Shown here: piece after piece, positions 61,341 to 64,000 of the stretch | Numbering within the stretch: position 1 is the first letter of the stretch | Layout: each line of letters starts with the position of its first letter | DNA from: Callorhinchus milii | Lineage: Eukaryota | Direction of reading: 5' to 3' | NCBI RefSeq assembly: GCF_018977255.1 | Contig: NW_024704742.1 | Coordinates: forward strand, 75,084,001 to 75,148,000 | DNA: 64,000 nt | Program-made: the position numbers and the translations under genes | Notes under the pieces: generated by a model | The model's input: the letters and a program-made list of their open reading frames with translations, nothing else | Told to the model about the DNA's origin: nothing | Database searches by the model: none

Positions 61341-61480
61341 CACACAATTGGCTGCCGCATTTTGCCTACAAATAAACAGTCAATTCATTTTATAGTCTAT
61401 TCTGTGAAGCGCTTTGGAATGTCCAGAAGACGTGAAAAGTGCTATATCAAATGCCATGCTAAATATTATTATTATTATTA
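61341..61480 (+). mobile_element. tRNA-Ala SINE 3' fragment
   Basis: cacaattggctgccgc ... ctgtgaagcgctttgg ... gctatatcaaatgc. Confidence 0.85.
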
Positions 61481-61969
61481 TAAAAGCAAAGCAAAGAGTA
61501 CCTATGGTCAAAAACAATTGTAGTGCAAATGCAAATTGACTATAAGAAGAGCAAATTGAATTTTATTTTGACATGGGGACATTGAAAACAAGAGTAAAAT
61601 GATAATGTTCATTTTTTTCTCCATTATTGGTTAGAATGTAATGAATGTAGCGTTGTCTTCTGTTTCGGGAATCACATAATTGAAAGAACGTCACAACCAT
61701 AGAGAGGATAGCGTTGCTATTTTAGGATGAGAGATTAAAATGATAATCCTTGTATTTGATATAGTATCTATAATATTTAAATATTGTCAAGTGATTCACA
61801 GATAATTGTCAAATGTAGAGATAGGATATTTTTAGGCCCAAGTGTCAGCCATTTTCTGCACTATAAGCTCCAACAAACAGTCATGAATTTATCCTGGGGG
61901 GATTACTGGCGAGGACACCAGGAGGAACTCCTTTTCTTTCCAAATGGTGGGCATAGGATCTTAGTGTCA

Positions 61970-62340
61970 GCCTAGCTCAGTTGGTAAAACTCTTTCCTCT
62001 TAGTCAGAAGGGTATGGATTCAAGCCTCCACGGTGGGACTTTCAACTCACAATCTAGCCTATATGGTACTCCACTACTGTGGTGGGGGTATGCTGCCCAG
62101 TTGTAGGACCTGTCTGGTCTGCCTGGTGAGGTGGACATTAAAGATTCCATGGCACTATTTCAAACGAAAGATTCTGGCCAACAATCCTCCAGATAAAATT
62201 GGTCATTCATTTCATGGCTGTTTGTGGGACATTGATGTGTACAAATACACAGTCACTGCACTTTACAATAAATCCTGTGAAGTGCTTTGAGATATCCTCC
62301 CTACATGAAAGGTGCTATGTCAAATGTAAGGATTAATTAT
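61970..62340 (+). mobile_element. Near full-length Deu-domain SINE (an inverted partial copy lies at about 61740-61965)
   Basis: tagctcagttggta ... agtcagaagggtatggattcaag ... aaagattccatggcactattt ... ctgtgaagtgctttgag ... ggtgctatgtcaaatgtaagg. Confidence 0.82.
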
Positions 62341-63374
62341 TTCCATCTTTAATTCATGGAGACTGATAAGTGTATTTTATTGTCGGCCAGTGTTAGTCTG
62401 ACCTTGATCATTTGTACCTGTGTGATTAGTGCATCCCACAAAATAAGCTCAGAAGGAGTGAAGCCAGAAGAAGGTGAAATTTGCAGTTCCTGAAAAAGGG
62501 ACTACTGAGATGGCATCCGATAAAGATAGGCCAGACAATCGTAAACTTGTGACACTCATTATTTATGCTGTCATCAGTTTCATTACTATATCAGTTGTTA
62601 ATTTTTTGTTTTCTCTCCCCTCATTCAAATACACGGCCTACTATTCTCTGCATTTGATACAGCACGTTTTACATGAGGAGGATGTCTTAAAGAGGATTCA
62701 TTGTAAAGTGTAGTGATTGTGCTTTTATAGGTGAATGCAGCAGAATGTAAGTTCAGGTAATTTACAAAAGTCCTCCGCGCGCGTAGACAATTCCAAATTC
62801 TTGCCAGGACCACTCTCCTAGTGCACGTTTTGTTGTAAAGTTAAGCGTAGGGACACTCACCCCAGTAATTGAGTTTTGCTGAGGGCATCAACACAGCTGC
62901 AATGCATCAGTGGTGATCATTGAACTATGTAATGTTTTGAGGGATTTGGTCTATCTTATTCATTTTATTTATTTAAATTGTATTGTTATTCATTTTAAAC
63001 GTTAGGGAGGATTTTTTTACTTATTTTAAATATTGAGTAGGATTTACAGGTATTTATTTTATTACAATTATTTTAAATGCATTAACACTGGCCTGGAAAA
63101 TCCATCAGAAGGTCCAGATCTCTCCCCTCCCCCCACACCCCACCTTTAGTCTAGTTAGCCAGGGCTGAGTGTACTGCAGGTATCTGGGGTCCTAAGGTTG
63201 ACCTTGGGGATATCAAATTTTTAAATGCATTTTAGCTTGAAAAGTTTCCATTTGCTGCCACCTTGTGTAAGGAACATTGTAACATGGTAACGCAATAACA
63301 TAGGAACTGGAGGCCATTCAGGCCATTGAGCCTGTGCTGCCAATAACAAGTTGTGCCTAGCTCACAGTCTAAGA

Positions 63375-64000
63375 TATAGCCCTGAGAAAGGATGACATCC
63401 AATTCTATCTTTTTGGCTCCACACTTGATTCAGGGACCACTGTTGTTCTGTCTGTATTGCCTATCAGATATCAAGTCCTGAATGAAACCTAACTTTCTCC
63501 AATTCAGTGTTGACAAGTTAAAGGCTCTCCTGCTTGGCTCCCATCAGCACCTTCCCACCTCAGAAGCTGACAGTATCAATCTACATGGATGTACACTTTA
63601 CCTCATGGAGCCAGTGTGGAACCTCTGTATCTTGTTCAATTCTCAACTGACCTTTAAAGCCCACATCTTTGCTGTGACTCATTCAGCTTTCCCCCACATC
63701 AGCAACATTGCCCTCCTTCACCACTACCTCTCCCCACAGGTGGCTGAGACCCTTATCGATGCATTCATCACATTCAGACTAGACTATGCCAACTCGCTGC
63801 TCACCAGATTTCCCAACTCTTCCCTCCACAAGGCGCAGACCATCCAAAACTGTACAGCTTGTGTCCTCTCCCACATTAGGCTCTGCAAAAATATCACACC
63901 CATTCTTCTTCGGCTCCACTGTCTCTCTAACCCCGCAGAAGGTCCTTGTCCTCACTTTGAAATCGTGTCATGCTCTTGCCACACCCTATCTCCATGACCT
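63375..64000 (+). mobile_element. L2 ORF2 3' fragment, running off the window end
   Basis: NFLQFSVDKLKALLLGS...AETLIDAFITFRLDYANSLL...NITPILLRLH. Confidence 0.92.

Noticed and set aside
1..64000. Novel RT- or nuclease-based prokaryote-style system
   Set aside because: All RT and GIY-YIG remnants belong to decayed eukaryotic retroelements; there is no operon structure or intact enzyme ORF.

Overview
This is vertebrate genomic DNA, most likely from a cartilaginous fish (chimaera/shark-type repeat landscape). It is not prokaryotic, and I see no operon, CRISPR array or defence system. Much of the window is decayed retroelements: L2 and CR1 LINE fragments, an RTE-X-like LINE family, Deu-domain SINEs, a younger tRNA-Ala-headed SINE with an L2-type tail, AmnSINE2-like relics and Penelope-like elements (PLEs). 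The only host-gene signal is a TE-poor promoter and 5'-UTR exon cluster on the minus strand at about 35.4-36.5 kb. Its core (about 35920-36042) closely matches human TET2 non-coding exon 1 as I remember it, which needs BLAST confirmation. If so, 1-35.4 kb is tet2 5' intron/UTR sequence, 36.5-64 kb is upstream intergenic DNA, and the coding exons lie left of the window. I found no intact protein-coding gene; the long ORFs in the track are TE remnants or chance. Most noteworthy: (1) the conserved tet2 first exon plus a second leader with a uORF whose stop overlaps a new ATG (TGATG); (2) two PLE insertions with clean 13-14 bp target-site duplications carrying minimal hammerhead-ribozyme motifs, one being a 230-bp non-coding fold-back element; (3) a spacer-less 116-bp palindrome. 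TE boundaries are approximate and family names come from motif recognition, not database searches.
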